Both the position numbers and the translations under genes were made by a program. Below the pieces are notes generated by a model. The model worked only from the letters and a program-made list of their open reading frames with translations, searched no databases and was not told the origin of the DNA. Below are positions 39,300 through 51,780 of a DNA stretch of 64,000 nucleotides, one piece after another. How positions within the stretch are numbered: the first letter of the stretch is position 1; each line of letters begins with the position of its first letter. Origin of the DNA: Dicyema japonicum (taxonomy: Eukaryota; Animalia; Dicyemida); the NCBI GenBank assembly GCA_011109175.1, contig RDEW01000037.1, forward strand, positions 450,079-514,078, read 5' to 3'.

Positions 39300-39910
39300 A
39301 TAAAATAAATTTGTTAAATAACCGTTCCAATCCAAGACCTAAGGAATTCAAAATGAAGTTAGATGAAACAAGGGACCTTGATGCTTTCCGCAAAATCGCA
39401 TCCTCGGGGGAACGTGGAGGCATTTCACTGAAAAATTATCTGCATAAGAAAAGCATCATTCAACATAGGTGCAATTGGGACGAAGCGGAATCGGTCCAGA
39501 AACGCAGAATGTTTATCCAGCTCCCACCACTCGGCAGAGTCTGCGGCAGGACAGTCTGAGTTCGTAGTGGAAATCATATTCGTCAGGGAAAAAGAATCAA
39601 CACAGGTTACATTCCATACGAGAGAGAGTCCTTTTGCATATGGATAGATCTTCATCCAGTTTGGTCCTCTACCATCTCCTCGATCAAGTCAAAGTTCGAT
39701 AATTGAGAGAAATTAGCAGCTTGAAGATCACGTTTAACAACATGATTAAAGGTCACGTGCCTGAGGAATCTACCAAGGATCTTCTTGTGGGAGAGAGGGT
39801 GGATTCCTTTCCGATTAATCATCTTCCGACATCAGCATCCAAACCAAGGCGGTATGCCAATTCGAAAACTCTCATCGTCAAAGATTGTCTCAACGTCAGG
39901 GATGGGTTTT
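39300..39910 (-). mobile_element. CRE-like retroelement C-terminal zinc-knuckle/RLE region
   Basis: GRFLRH...IKRDLQAAN..., GDGRGP(D)..IYPYAKGLSLVWNVTCVD...DRFRFVPIA. Confidence 0.8.
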
Positions 39911-40763
39911 AGTGATTTTATTGTTTAGATGTAAAGTTAATTTTTTGGGTTATTTTTTTTAGTTATTAGGTTTTTAGTTTAAACAATAGAAGTCAGGTAG
40001 TTGCCGCATCAGGGATTGAGGGCGATTTTTTGACTATAAATTCAAAATTTTGGTTTTTTTTGACTTTTGGCAAATTTATATAACAATAATTTTTTTAATA
40101 TAAAAATCTAATTAAAATCTATATTCTATCTACAGAGACGAGCGGAGTCTTCAGGCCAAAGATGGTCACTTTTTAAGATCTCTTGAGTATATGATATCGA
40201 AAGTGAGTAACGAGCGCCGGGAAACCGAGTGGCTGTTCCAAATTATTTCTCTGGCAGTTGTCAGTGAAAAAACCACTAATTTTTCTTCAGTTGGATAATT
40301 CTGATTGTTTGTTGCGTAATGAATTGTCTTAAACAAATAATGCAGGGCAAAACGTTTTCAGGTTTAAAATTTCGGTCTTTAAATAGTAATTTTTGTATCT
40401 TTTCTGTTTAGATGAGGAGGGAGATTTTTTCAAATAGTCGTAAATGCGTAAGAAATATGTCGTTTTTCCATTTTTGTCACATATAAAATTTATTGCCAGA
40501 AATTTTATATCCAAATACTTAATTCGACATAATTCGTTACTGAATTACAATTTTTGAATTTGTTAGGTGCGTCTTCCACCATTCTTATTAATTGACATGC
40601 ACACAATAATATTCAGTAACTTCAAGTCAACTTCCCTTCTGGTCAGAATTATTTATTATTATATACCTGTTGGATCCCTTATCTAAAAACCGAGTTTTTT
40701 AATCACAAAAAAGTAAATAATTAAAATAAATAATTTAAAAATATAATTAATTAATCTATTGTT

Positions 40764-41191
40764 ATGGAAGGTCAGGTTTATTACGAGTGCAGTGACGAGG
40801 AAGGATATAATCCTAACCATCTTAGTAAAGGCACGTGGATACCCTCCCCAAGTAAAATCAAGCAACTGCACGATCAATTCATAAGGAATGAACTGATAGA
40901 ATTGGAGTGGAGAGGAGTCTACAAAAAACACCTTCCCCAATCAAGTTCTACTCCCGTTACTGAGCACAAATATACACCCTCCCCCAATCAAGTTCCATTT
41001 CCATTACTGAGCACAAATATACACCCCTCCCTCAAACCAACACTGACGTGACAAGTCCCTTTGACTTTAATGAGGGCTTCAATGATGATGAAAGGAATGA
41101 GTTCTCAAGTCTCTCTCATCAAAACAAACCAAAGAAAGTTGCAATTTTGCTTGATAAGATACTTGAAGATGTTTTAACCCCGAATAACTAA
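40764..41191 (+). CDS. PAGR1: PAGR1/PA1-like protein; needs a 20-nt intron inside a 47-bp duplication
   Basis: YECSDEE...WIPSPSKIKQLH...LIELEW in frame 1, then PFDFNE and LLDKILED in another frame. These motifs resemble PAXIP1-associated protein 1 in the expected order. Confidence 0.6.
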
Positions 41192-41539
41192 TTTTTACAA
41201 GCAGATTGTTGTCTTTAAAGATTTTATTAGAAATTGGTTAACCAGCAGCTAAGTGATTACATAAAGAGGCCTAATCCGACGGGGACAGGTGTACTGGTTT
41301 TTCCATTGAGCATGAAGAGAACAATGGTCAGAGAACAGTCGTCTTGCAATTATTCACGAGATATTTGGAAGCAGATGAGAAAGAGCATGGATCGACATAC
41401 CGAGTAAATGATGTATGCAGGCGGTGTTGATCGAATAGACAAAGCAGCGGATCTACATGGGGGAAGGGTTTGTTGAAACTATCAAAGTAATCTTCCATCG
41501 CTTTCTTAGCGGCCGCGTCCGGGTTCATTCTTACTACAT

Positions 41540-44265
41540 GCCCAAATAGCCTTCACCGGGCATCTATCACATCCTTGCTGATGTATCAACATATATTCTT
41601 GTTGTAGATACCAGTGGTTGATATTCTACGTGGCCACTCCATTCCGAGTAAGCTTTTTAGTTGCCTTTTATGGAAGAATCCAGTTTCAATAGTTCGCTGA
41701 AGGAACTTCCCCATGTCCCAGCGTTGTACAGTAGGATCGGTTTCACAAAGGTGTTGTAAAGCATGTATCTGATGTCAATTCCAAGTCCTTTGGCTCTTAG
41801 CCATCCTTTCTTCAGTTTAGCCATTGCCGCATTTGCCAGAGAGCCGAGCTTATTAGTACGTCTACATCTTTCATGAGTAATATCGTCTTCTCTTTTGATT
41901 TCAGTAATTTCAGTTTTGTTTACATTTACGCTGAAAAACCATTTCTCAAGCTCCGCAGGTGCAATTTCTAGTAGGTGTTGGAGTGCGGTCGTTCCCCGTG
42001 ATACGAAATCCACATCATCCGCATAATATGTCTCTTCTATGTCTCCTATATAGCATCTACGGAGATCGGGAGTGCATATTCAAGGTATATAGTGAATAGT
42101 AAAGGTGAGAGGGAATCACCCTGGGGTGTCCCAATCGTTGTTTTGAAACTGCAGTTAGTTGCTCTTTCTGTCTTCACAGATAGTCTTGTGTTCGAAAGTA
42201 ATAGTCTGATTATCCTTACTGACGATTCGTCCAATATTTGCTCAAGCACAGTTATCAGTTTCTATCTGTTTATTGAGTCGAAAGCTCCTGACAGATCTAT
42301 TCCCAACACGGCCGTTGCGCACTTGAATCTTTGGTGCGTTGCGCAGCGCCATCTATGGCTCCATACAATGTGTGCCGTAGACCTCCCTTCTCGGAACCCA
42401 CTTTGACTTGCTGGTAGGTATAGATCCGCCACACCCTTGATTTGACTTAGTGCAATGTTTGCCAGCACCTTGCGTATCGAATTCAGAAGTATTATCGGGC
42501 GGAGATTTTCTACTGGTTTTTTTGCTTTGTTCGGTTTTTGTATGGGTATTAATAATCCATTTCCAAGTCCTAGATCGGTATTAGTTTCAAAGATGTCATT
42601 TAGGGTTTTTGCAATTGTGTCGCTAAGTTTTTTTGGCCCATATTTTAGGAGCTCAGGGCTTATGTTGTCCGGCCCAGCACTCTTGTTGTTCTTCAGTTTA
42701 TTTATCGCTAATTCCACCTCTTCCACTGTGATTGGGATTTTTAGCGCCTTTGCTTTTCCTTGGAAAGGGGGAAAGTCATTATTTTCTTTATTCAACAGTG
42801 TTTCGAAGTGTCGTGCAATCAATTCTGCTTTTTCTTTCGGGTTACCCACGAATTTTCCATCTTTGTCTTTGATGTGAAGGATGTTTTGTCCTTTCTTTGT
42901 CCGCAGCAGCCGCAAAGCCGCATACATCCTTGAATTGTCTTTTAGACATTCCACATCTTTTAATAGGGATGTAATAATTTCCCGTGAATGTTTTCTGTTC
43001 ATCTTTTTGATTTTCCACTTTAGTTCCCTTTGTTGGATATTAAGCTCTTTTTTTTACTCTCGTCTGACGTGTTTGCCGCTTTTAGTCGTAGCTCTCTGCA
43101 ATGCTTTGCCATATTTGGCACGTTCGGGTGGTGATCCAATTTTAGGGCGTGATGATTTCGGACTCCAAGGCATATTTTGGCCGACTTGGAGATTGCCTGT
43201 TTTGTTTGATCCCACAGAGTTCGTACTGATGATTCCGGTGCGGTTTTCTCCATAAGAGTCTCGATTTGTTCGTGAAATTTAGCTCTACAAGTGGGCTCTA
43301 ACCACATTTTTTCTGTCTGAAAGTATATATTGGGCCTTTGTCTCGCCTTCTTCGCGTTTTCAATGTATTTTTTCCCAGTCAGGTGCTTTTTTACAGAAAG
43401 TTTTGCAATGACGATCCTGTGGTCGCTGTCAGTTGTTGTTCCCTGGTAGGAAAGTGCATCATTTATCAGGTGTTTATCAGACTTTCGGCAGATAATGTAG
43501 TCGATTTGATTATATATATTCACGGTCTCTCCGACAGAGTTTTTTCTTTGTCCGTGCCATGTCGTCTTGTTGCGAGCTGAGTGCGTGAAGGCCTTGTTGC
43601 ACATGAAAAGGCTTTTGCCTCGCAGAAGTTCACAAGAGAAGCTCCAGATGCATTTCTCCTTCCGCCCCCGTGTCTTCCAATAGAGGATTCTTCGGGCCCT
43701 ATTCGCATTCCGGCCTTTGCATTCATATCTCCCGCAACAAAGACAAGTGACGAGGAAGCATTATTAGAGTATGTGCTTGATTGTTCTAAGTAGAATTCCT
43801 CGAGCTCACCGGGGTTCTTGATTACTCGTCCACAGTGTGGTGCATAGACATTTATGAAGTTAATAGACTCTTGGACGGGCATAGTTCATTTAGTTTGACT
43901 TGTAGGACACATATTCGGTCGTTGACTCTCCAATAGCGATGTAGTTTTTTGAGGTAATCCACGTGTAGGGCAAATCCCATGCCGTAGTGCTTGCATTCAG
44001 TTGGGAAGAAAATCAGTCGGTAGTTTTTCCATGTCTCATCGCGTCCTTTTTTTCGTCTCTTGAGGCAGCCAATAAATATTTTGTATTTCTTGAGATCGTC
44101 ACAAAGTACTTTCCTTGTCCAATTTTTCGATATTCCACGTACGTTGAACGTCATTAGCCTGAGTTCTCGATTGTATAATGAGTGTTTTTTAGACATTTTT
44201 CTCAACTGTTATTTAATTAATGAAACGAGGCTCGTCACCACCTCACCAAACGATGCAAATGTAAA
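41540..44265 (-). mobile_element. Near full-length RTE-like LINE (single APE-RT ORF, frameshifted)
   Basis: MTFNVRG, HYGMGFA, INVYAPH, GDMNAK, NQIDYII, DSDHRIV, SAGPDNI, LRPIILL, SQSGFREGRST, GTPQGDSLSP, YADDVDF, RLFGHVVRM. Confidence 0.9.
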
Positions 44266-44274
44266 TTAAATATT

Positions 44275-44500
44275 TTATGGATAAACAGAAAAGCATCAAA
44301 CTAAGATTCCGTCATACAACTCGTTTGTATACTTTTAGACAACGCTGGAACTCGAACAAGAAATGTCTACTTGCTTCATGACGGATGAAAACCCTTCTCG
44401 TGTAGGAAACCATGAGTTCTGAACTCGTCAAGCCAAAGCGTGGAACTTTCAACAGTACCTGGATTCGAATTAGCACCCGTTACACTGCGCCACCAGGCGC
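44275..44500 (-). mobile_element. tRNA-derived SINE-like element, family B (repeated at 44524-44750)
   Basis: GCCTGGTGGCGCAGTGTAACGG...TTCGAATCCAGG head with CCTGG/CCAGG stem; core GAAAGTTCCACG..TTGACGAGT shared with family A. Confidence 0.6.
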
Positions 44501-44959
44501 TAAATCGATAATTAAATTTCTGNTATGGATAAACAGAAAGGCATCAAACTAAGATTCCGTCATACAACTCGTTTGTATACTTTTAGACAACGCTGGAAGT
44601 CGTACAAGAAATGTCTACTTGCTTCATGACGGATGAAAACCCTTCTCGTGTAGGAAACCATGAGTTCTGAACTCGTCAAGCCAAAGTGTGGAACCTTCAA
44701 CAGTACCTGGATTCGAATTAGCACCCGTTACACTGCGCAACCAGGCGCTAAATCGATAATTAAGTTTCTGTGGAGACAAAAAAATTCGACAAACTTTATT
44801 ACAAAACCGGATTAGGAAATAGATGTAAAGGCTTTAATTAGTCCGCCTTTGCAACCTGGATACTTCTGACGTCCCCTATCTCCATTATTTATTTGAGTTC
44901 TAGCGTAGGAATCCATTAATAACGTGTTCCACAATTTGCTTCACTGGGGCAAGAATCCC

Positions 44960-47300
44960 GTCTTTTTCAGTGCTCAGGACGTCTTGTAGTATTCTGCCCG
45001 AAGCTAACTTTATGGCTGATCTTCTAGACTTCTCCAGTAGTGATAATATTCTATCCTTCTTCGTGGATAGGTACCACGCTTTGTATCAATACAATGGCTT
45101 CGGTAGAATTATCTTCGTGAAAATGAAAAGGAAGGTCTCCATACTGATGATCAGCTTACGTGTGCAGAGGAGCGCTTGCAGCGCCTTTTTCCTCATCAGC
45201 CTGACGTCCTCCAGAAATGAGCCTTCCTGATCGACTGTTACACCCAGGTAGCGGAGCGAACTAACTATTGGAATTCCTAGTGTATAAGGCTAACAGCTGA
45301 TTTTCATAAAGTTTGACTTCTATGTTAAAAGTATCATCCCTCTCCGGATACGCCAGTTTTGCACTCGTTCAATAAACATCATGTTCTCTCGGAGAGTCAT
45401 CCTCCCAGACATATACATGATTAGAATGTCGTCCGCGTATATTAACAGTTTCGAGTTTAGGTCCGACGGAGTTGGGAAGTCTGATAGAAATATGTTGAAC
45501 AACAGGAAGCTCAGGACAGAAACGAGAGTCATCCTCCCAGACATATACATGATTAGAATGTCGTCCGCGTATATTAACAGTTTCGAGTTTAGGTCCGACG
45601 GAGTTGGGAAGTCTGATAGAAATATGTTGAACAACAGGAAGCTCAGGACAGAAACCTGCGGAACTCCTCTTAGTAAGACATCTCTGGATATATTTCCTCC
45701 GATGCGCACTTGGGAAGTCCGTCCCGTTAGGAAGTCCCTTAGTCTGGATAGGAGGACTTCATGGTACACGCAATCGAAGCCCTTAAATAAATCCAAGCAT
45801 ACCATGTTTACTTGTCTCCTGAATCTCGCTTCAAATGCATTTGATGGATGCAATCTGTGCAAGACTTTCTCGGGTCTGAAGTCCCATTGTTTCGCGAAAA
45901 GGAAATCGCTCTCATATTTGCCGACTCAGCCTTTTTAAGATAATTCACTCAATAATATTGGATACCGAGCATATGAGGCTGATCGGCCTATAGTTGAGAG
46001 GGTCTCTCCTTGACTTTCCTGGTTTTAGTATCATCTTACTACAGAGTTTTCCATCGTTTTGTGTTGATACTTGCGTTGAAAAGGTTCTTCAATACTAGGA
46101 GTAATATCTCCGGTCCTTCTTTGTACATTCTCATATTGATGTGGTCGAAGCCCGGAGCATTCGTTTTGCATGATCTCGTTGCTTCAATCACCTCCTCGAG
46201 GATGATATCTTCTCAACATCCTTGAGGTCGTTTAATGAGTAACTACACAGTCATAATGATTTATTCATATGTCTCTGTGCTTCCAATATCAATGGGTACT
46301 CCTTGGATTTGATCCAATTGTCTTTTAATGATTGCCGAGGTTTCTCCTGCAGAGTGCGAGCCCCCATCAGGGTTGCTTAAGATGATCTTCCTTTCAACGT
46401 ACTTCTGCCCAGTTATTCTTTTGTAGATTTCCAGAAGAAAAGATCTTTAGCATCCAACATGGTTGCCTCGACCCTCCATCTCCTGCTCCAGAGCCAATCT
46501 TGTTCCCTCTTCGATGGCTCTTTTGGTTATCTTTAGCCGATCGGTGAAAGACATTCAGTCCATCCGGTCAACATATCTTCTTAGCTTAGTTCTCATACGA
46601 TTTCTTTCTTTGATCGACCACAAGGTAATGGGCGAAATGTCGATACTTTTCTTGCGGCTTGCATTCAAGAATTTCTTAGCATATTATTTCAAATATGTCT
46701 TTATGACGTTTGTGAGATTGGTCTATATTATCGATTTCAATCATTGACACGAGATCCTCCGTCCACCTATGTCTTATAGAGAGCCAGTGGAGGGATTACA
46801 GAGCGTTGAATGGCGCAGGAGGACAGAACAATCCCCTCCTTTCTACATGGCATCATAAACTCTTCAGATCTCGCCGTACTCTATTTTGACACCACCCCAG
46901 ATCTCTCTGAATATCTTCAATGTTGAGGACCAGGTTGTTCACAACAAGTGACCATGCATTGTACAAGGATGAGTCCATTATTGATGTCGCGAAGCACAAT
47001 ACTTCGAAATCTTCCCAGACGAGAGAAATACGTCTTTCCAGTACTCAAAGACTTTCTTTTTATTATCATCGGGGATGAGGTCCATTATAGGGATCATACA
47101 GAAGACTTTTGCGGTACGGGAGAACTCTATCAGACACTGAATGCAGGTATAAAATATCTCCATATCAGAGCTTAAGCCATTGATAGTGGCATCAAGGATG
47201 TAGATGAGCACGTGGTCATTTATAAACAGTTCTCGGCGACGGGAGGAAAATTACTGTTCCATGAACGTGTCTTGTACCCAAAAATCTCACAGTCTAAGTA
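44960..47300 (-). mobile_element. Decayed APE-RT LINE
   Basis: CLDLFKGFDCV, RGVPQVSVLSFLLFNIFL, IYADD, LRYLGV; upstream APE-like remnants. Confidence 0.8.
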
Positions 47301-47764
47301 TCAGATTATCCTGAAAGTGAAAGAGTGTGTACTCCACCTCAACTATCATAATTATGAAACTACAAACACATGGTTGCTAATCTGGTAGTGTGCAGTAGGA
47401 AAGTATTTGAGAAAATAATTCCGCGCATNAGTTCTCGACGACGGGAGGAAAATTACTGTTCCATGAATGTGTCTTGTCCCTCACAATCCCATAGTTTAAG
47501 AGTCAGATTATCCTGAAAGTAAAAGAGTGTGTACTTTACCTCAACTATCATAATTATGAAACTACAAACACATGGTTGCTAATCTGGTAGTGTGCAGTAG
47601 GAAAGTATTTGAGAAAATAATTCCGCGCATGCTTGTTTTACCACCATAACTGCGTCCCATTATTAGAAGCTGTTGACTAAGCAAATTAATTACTCTGTCT
47701 TTGGGTCTGTATTTATTTTATTAACAAAGAAATCACGAGAAAGAGAATAAAAGTTATCGTCTAA

Positions 47765-50300
47765 TTAAATGATCCCAGTGTCCATACCAGTCCTTTTCCT
47801 GCGGTTAGTTTTGGAGTCCTGGATTAATCTCCACATCGGGGAAGGTTTCTTCTCATATCTCGGGCAGGCGTCCAAATATAGTTTGATGTGTAGTCTGATG
47901 GGATGGTTAGGGGACTTTGCCATCTTGAGGAATTCCCACTGATGTTCCGTAAAGTAGTCCATGATTGGGAGACGTTTAGTGTTCTCCGCAGTAACGAAGT
48001 GGACGTCTTTTTCAACGATCTCAATAGAATCTTGAGACATCGATTTTGTAAAACATCCAGCTTGCTCTGTGCCGATATTGATAAGGGGGCAATCCATGCA
48101 GCACAAGTGTACTCGATACTAGGTAGAACAAATTGTTTGTATAGAAGTCTAACGATAGGCGGGAAGATATTGGAGAGTGAGTGAGTGCCTTGAGAATTCC
48201 AATTTTCTTTTGGATCCTCGCGGTTACTAAGTCCACTTGATAGGTAAATGTGAGTAGGGGATCCAGAATAACTCCAAGGATTGAAAAGGTCTTCTTAATG
48301 GGAAGCGGGGAATCATACAATGTTATTCGTGGTGTCACCCGTAATTCTTTTCGTGATGAGGTAGACTTCATTACATGTGACTTTCCCGGTGATATATTCA
48401 GACGGTTCTTCAGGAACCAAAGACCCATCAGGTTTAGTACGGACCGTATTGCCTCCTCGATTCTTCGATGTTTCACTGCAACCACTAGATCATTCCCATA
48501 CGATAAAAGAATTGTGTTTTGGGTGGTTGGGGATAGGAGGTCACCGAGAAACTTGTTGAAGAGCAATGGTAATAACGGTGATCCTTGCGGAACTCCATTT
48601 GGAAAGTATCGCGGTTTTGATTTTTGGTTGTTTGCCACCACATTCGACCGTTGATGAACTTAGCCAACCATGATTTGGGGTGGATCGACGTCGTAAAAAT
48701 TTTGCTGTAAGGATCTTCCGGGATGCTGCATCCACTAAGACCAGCACGGTTCTCTCGTGTGGATTTGGGGTATTCTTCCATATTGACGGAATTTTGTTCT
48801 CGTTTATTGAGAGGTTGAAAATTTGTGTTATTGCGGCCGTCGCGGAAAAACCCAGGTGTTTCAGTTCGAGAATGGAGATGTCATCTGAACCGCGGGATGA
48901 CGAGTTATTAATTTTCCTGATTACAGAGTGCACCATTTAAAGGTTGAAGAAAGTCATGTTGGGATATTTATTCCTTCAACCATTGCCAGAACGAACATCC
49001 GGGTCTTTTGAATATGGTTTATGACTAATAAGTACTTCATAATGTCATTGGGATTTGGACATGGCTCTCGATGTCTTATTAAATGTGGACAACACTTCTT
49101 GAGCCTCCATACCGATTTCCATAATACAGTGGGAGAAGTATTGTTTGTGGCTTTTCTGAGCAAGGGTTCCCAACGTTCTTTGTTGTGTTTTGTGATGTTC
49201 CGTGTGATTTCTTTATTCAGCTTTGATATCCTTTCAGTTACGTCCACTGATTGTCTTTCGAAATTCTTAGTTTATTTTTCGTTTGGATTAGATCTCGCGT
49301 TTCAGCATCAATTGGGTGTGATGGACGTTGAATTTCTTTATTCAGCTTTGATATCCTTTCAGTTACGTCCACTGATTGTCTTTCGAAATTCTTAGTTTAT
49401 TTTTCGTTTGGATTAGATCTCGCGTTTCAGCATCAATTGGGTGTGATGGACGTTGAGGACGACCCATCGGAATGTATCTTCTGCGAGCTCGGAATATAAT
49501 CTCGTTGAGGTATTTGACAGCAAAGTGTTCATTAACTTATGTTTATGTGGAATCCTCATGAAGATCCGGTTATGGTTGGTATTTAAGTCCTATATAACAT
49601 CCCACAAAATGACAGCCGCAAGAGAAGGAGCGGCAAAAGAAATGTCGGGTGAAGTAGGGGAGTCGCCTTGACGGGAAGGGGTCCTTGTGTGTTTGCTTGG
49701 ATTATTGAGAATGATCAAGTCGTCAAAACTGTCGGATATGAGGGCTCCCTGTTGATTCAGTTGTTGGTCAGCATACCATTGAGAACTCTTCGCATTTAGG
49801 TCACCGCCAATTAGCGTGTTTTCCAACCTGGTGAATCGCTTGAGTTCGGGGCTGTAGCCGCTAGGGCATGACGGTGGAGGGGGTATGTACATATTGACAA
49901 CTGTCAATCGGAGAGAGGGTAGGCATATTCTCAGAATTACGTGAGGGGTCCGGGATGTCGTCCGAAATATTTCTGGTCATTATATGTTTCATGATTAGCG
50001 TAATAAGGCCTCCTCCCTTTCCATTACCTCTGTCTCGTCTGACAACGGATTATCCCGAAAAGTTGGGGGTAGGTCGCCGTGGGTTAAGTTTCGTCTCTTG
50101 GAAAAGAGCTATATCCACTGAGTGTTTTATGAGAAAGCGTTGTAGTTCAATAATTTTTGTTCGGATACCATTGATGCTAATTTGCAATATGACTAGATCT
50201 GGTCCAGGATTTTCCTCGACATCTCCACAGGAAAGGAGTAGGATTCGACATCATCCGCGCGTCCATTGTTGCGGGATAGGGAGTTTGCAACTCCTTTCCA
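47765..50300 (-). mobile_element. APE-RT LINE with canonical N-terminal 2A motif
   Basis: ILLLSCGDVEENPGP (50200-50244) directly before DLVILQISINGIR...FQETKL; NMYIPPP, GGDLNAK, SPDISF, GVPQGSPLLP, ILGVILD. Confidence 0.9.
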
Positions 50301-50599
50301 ACACTTCAAATTAGCTAAGTCAACGGGTCTGTATTCAATAACAATAATAACACCAGAGACCACGGTTACACAAACTAACTAATCAAGATAGTTTGTTTAG
50401 TAGAATATTAGATTTTATAAATGCTCTGGTTACTTGTAGAGCCCACTCATCATTTTTGGAACATTGGTCAATGTGTGTTTGGTGAGATTCGGTCAGAAAA
50501 TCTACAAAAAATAATAGTTATTTCGCAAAACTCATTGAATTTTGATGTTTTTGTAAATTTACAAAATGCCTTTTCTCGCTTTTTATATTACAAAAAGAG

Positions 50600-51070
50600 T
50601 CGACAATATAGTGCACCATATATTGTCGAGCACAAGTACTTTGCAACATCAAATCAAGATCTCGCTACTTTCCAAATGGAGTCCCCTAAGACTCCGCATT
50701 GTCACCCCAACTCTTCAACCTCTACATAAAAGACATGCCACAAACATGTAATGAGAACTGGCTAATACCTTCATCTGTTAAGTGTAAGTAACTAACTAAA
50801 ACCACATATCATTCTTGCTTCCAATGACAGAAGCATTCAATCAGAGACTCAGTCCGCTCAACAAATGCTTGACAAGCTGTAACTATGGCTCTCGAAAAGG
50901 AGGCTCGACACATCAGCAACAAAGTCCTCTGTCATGCTGTTTACCACTTACAAAGACACCTGTGCCAAACCAGAAATCCCTATGAAAAATGAGACTATTC
51001 CTATTAACAAAACATCAAAGATTCTAGTAGTCACCTTTGATCAGGGTCTCTTCTATCCGATATGTTGATA
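50600..51070 (+). mobile_element. LINE RT fragment, same family as 2912-4027
   Basis: Close nucleotide similarity to ~3100-3510 (e.g. AACATCAAATCAAGATCTCGCTA; GACACATCAGCAACAAAGTCCT). Confidence 0.75.
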
Positions 51071-51385
51071 ACAAATATTGGCCAGTTTGTCTTGAATCAC
51101 CATTTTCATTAGTTCTATCAAGTAGTTTTCTTAAGTGCTGAGGGGAGTATTCATCTCTATCTTTAGCTTTTCTTGTCTTTTCAGCTCCCCTCTGAAGATG
51201 CACTAATGTTTACCTATTTTTTATTTTTTTCTCATTAAAAATATCATTAATATGTAATTGTGTTTTTGATAAATTAGCTATAATCTGGTGATAATGTCCT
51301 TGAATTCTTTTGTACTTTATCGTCATTATCATAATTGATTACTATAAAGTGATATTCTTTCGCTAATTTCTTAAATCTTGACAGA

Positions 51386-51780
51386 ATGGCTTTGCAATTT
51401 GTAATGAGTGACAGAAATAAGAGAAAACTCTCTGAGAATGGATATATTTACCTTTTTGAAAAATGTAATGCCCAAGTCACATTTTGGAAATGTGAATGCT
51501 ATTACAAAATTAAATGTAAAGCCAGAGTACACACCAAGGGGGACATCATTGTTAAAAGAGTCAATGAACACAATCATGCTGGTGATGCTGCATACGTTGA
51601 ATGTAAGAGAATTACTCATGAGATAAAAAGAAGAGCTCTTGAATCACAAAAAAACGCCCACCTTATTACAACCGAAGTGTGTGTGGGTTTGCCAGAGGAG
51701 GTTTCTGCCCGACTACCTGAAGCTTCTTTAATTAAAAGGAATATTAGGAACTCAAGAAATTTAAAAGATCGTGGGCAGAG
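51386..51780 (+). mobile_element. MULE transposase N-terminal fragment (FLYWCH zinc finger)
   Basis: GYIYLFEK...FWKCECYYKIKCKARVHT...EHNH and LPEASLIKRNIR. Confidence 0.8.

Noticed and set aside
32300-44500. tRNA genes at ~32300-32383, ~37305-37360 and ~44455-44500
   Set aside because: They have A and B boxes but no complete cloverleaf and continue into repeated bodies, so they are SINE heads.
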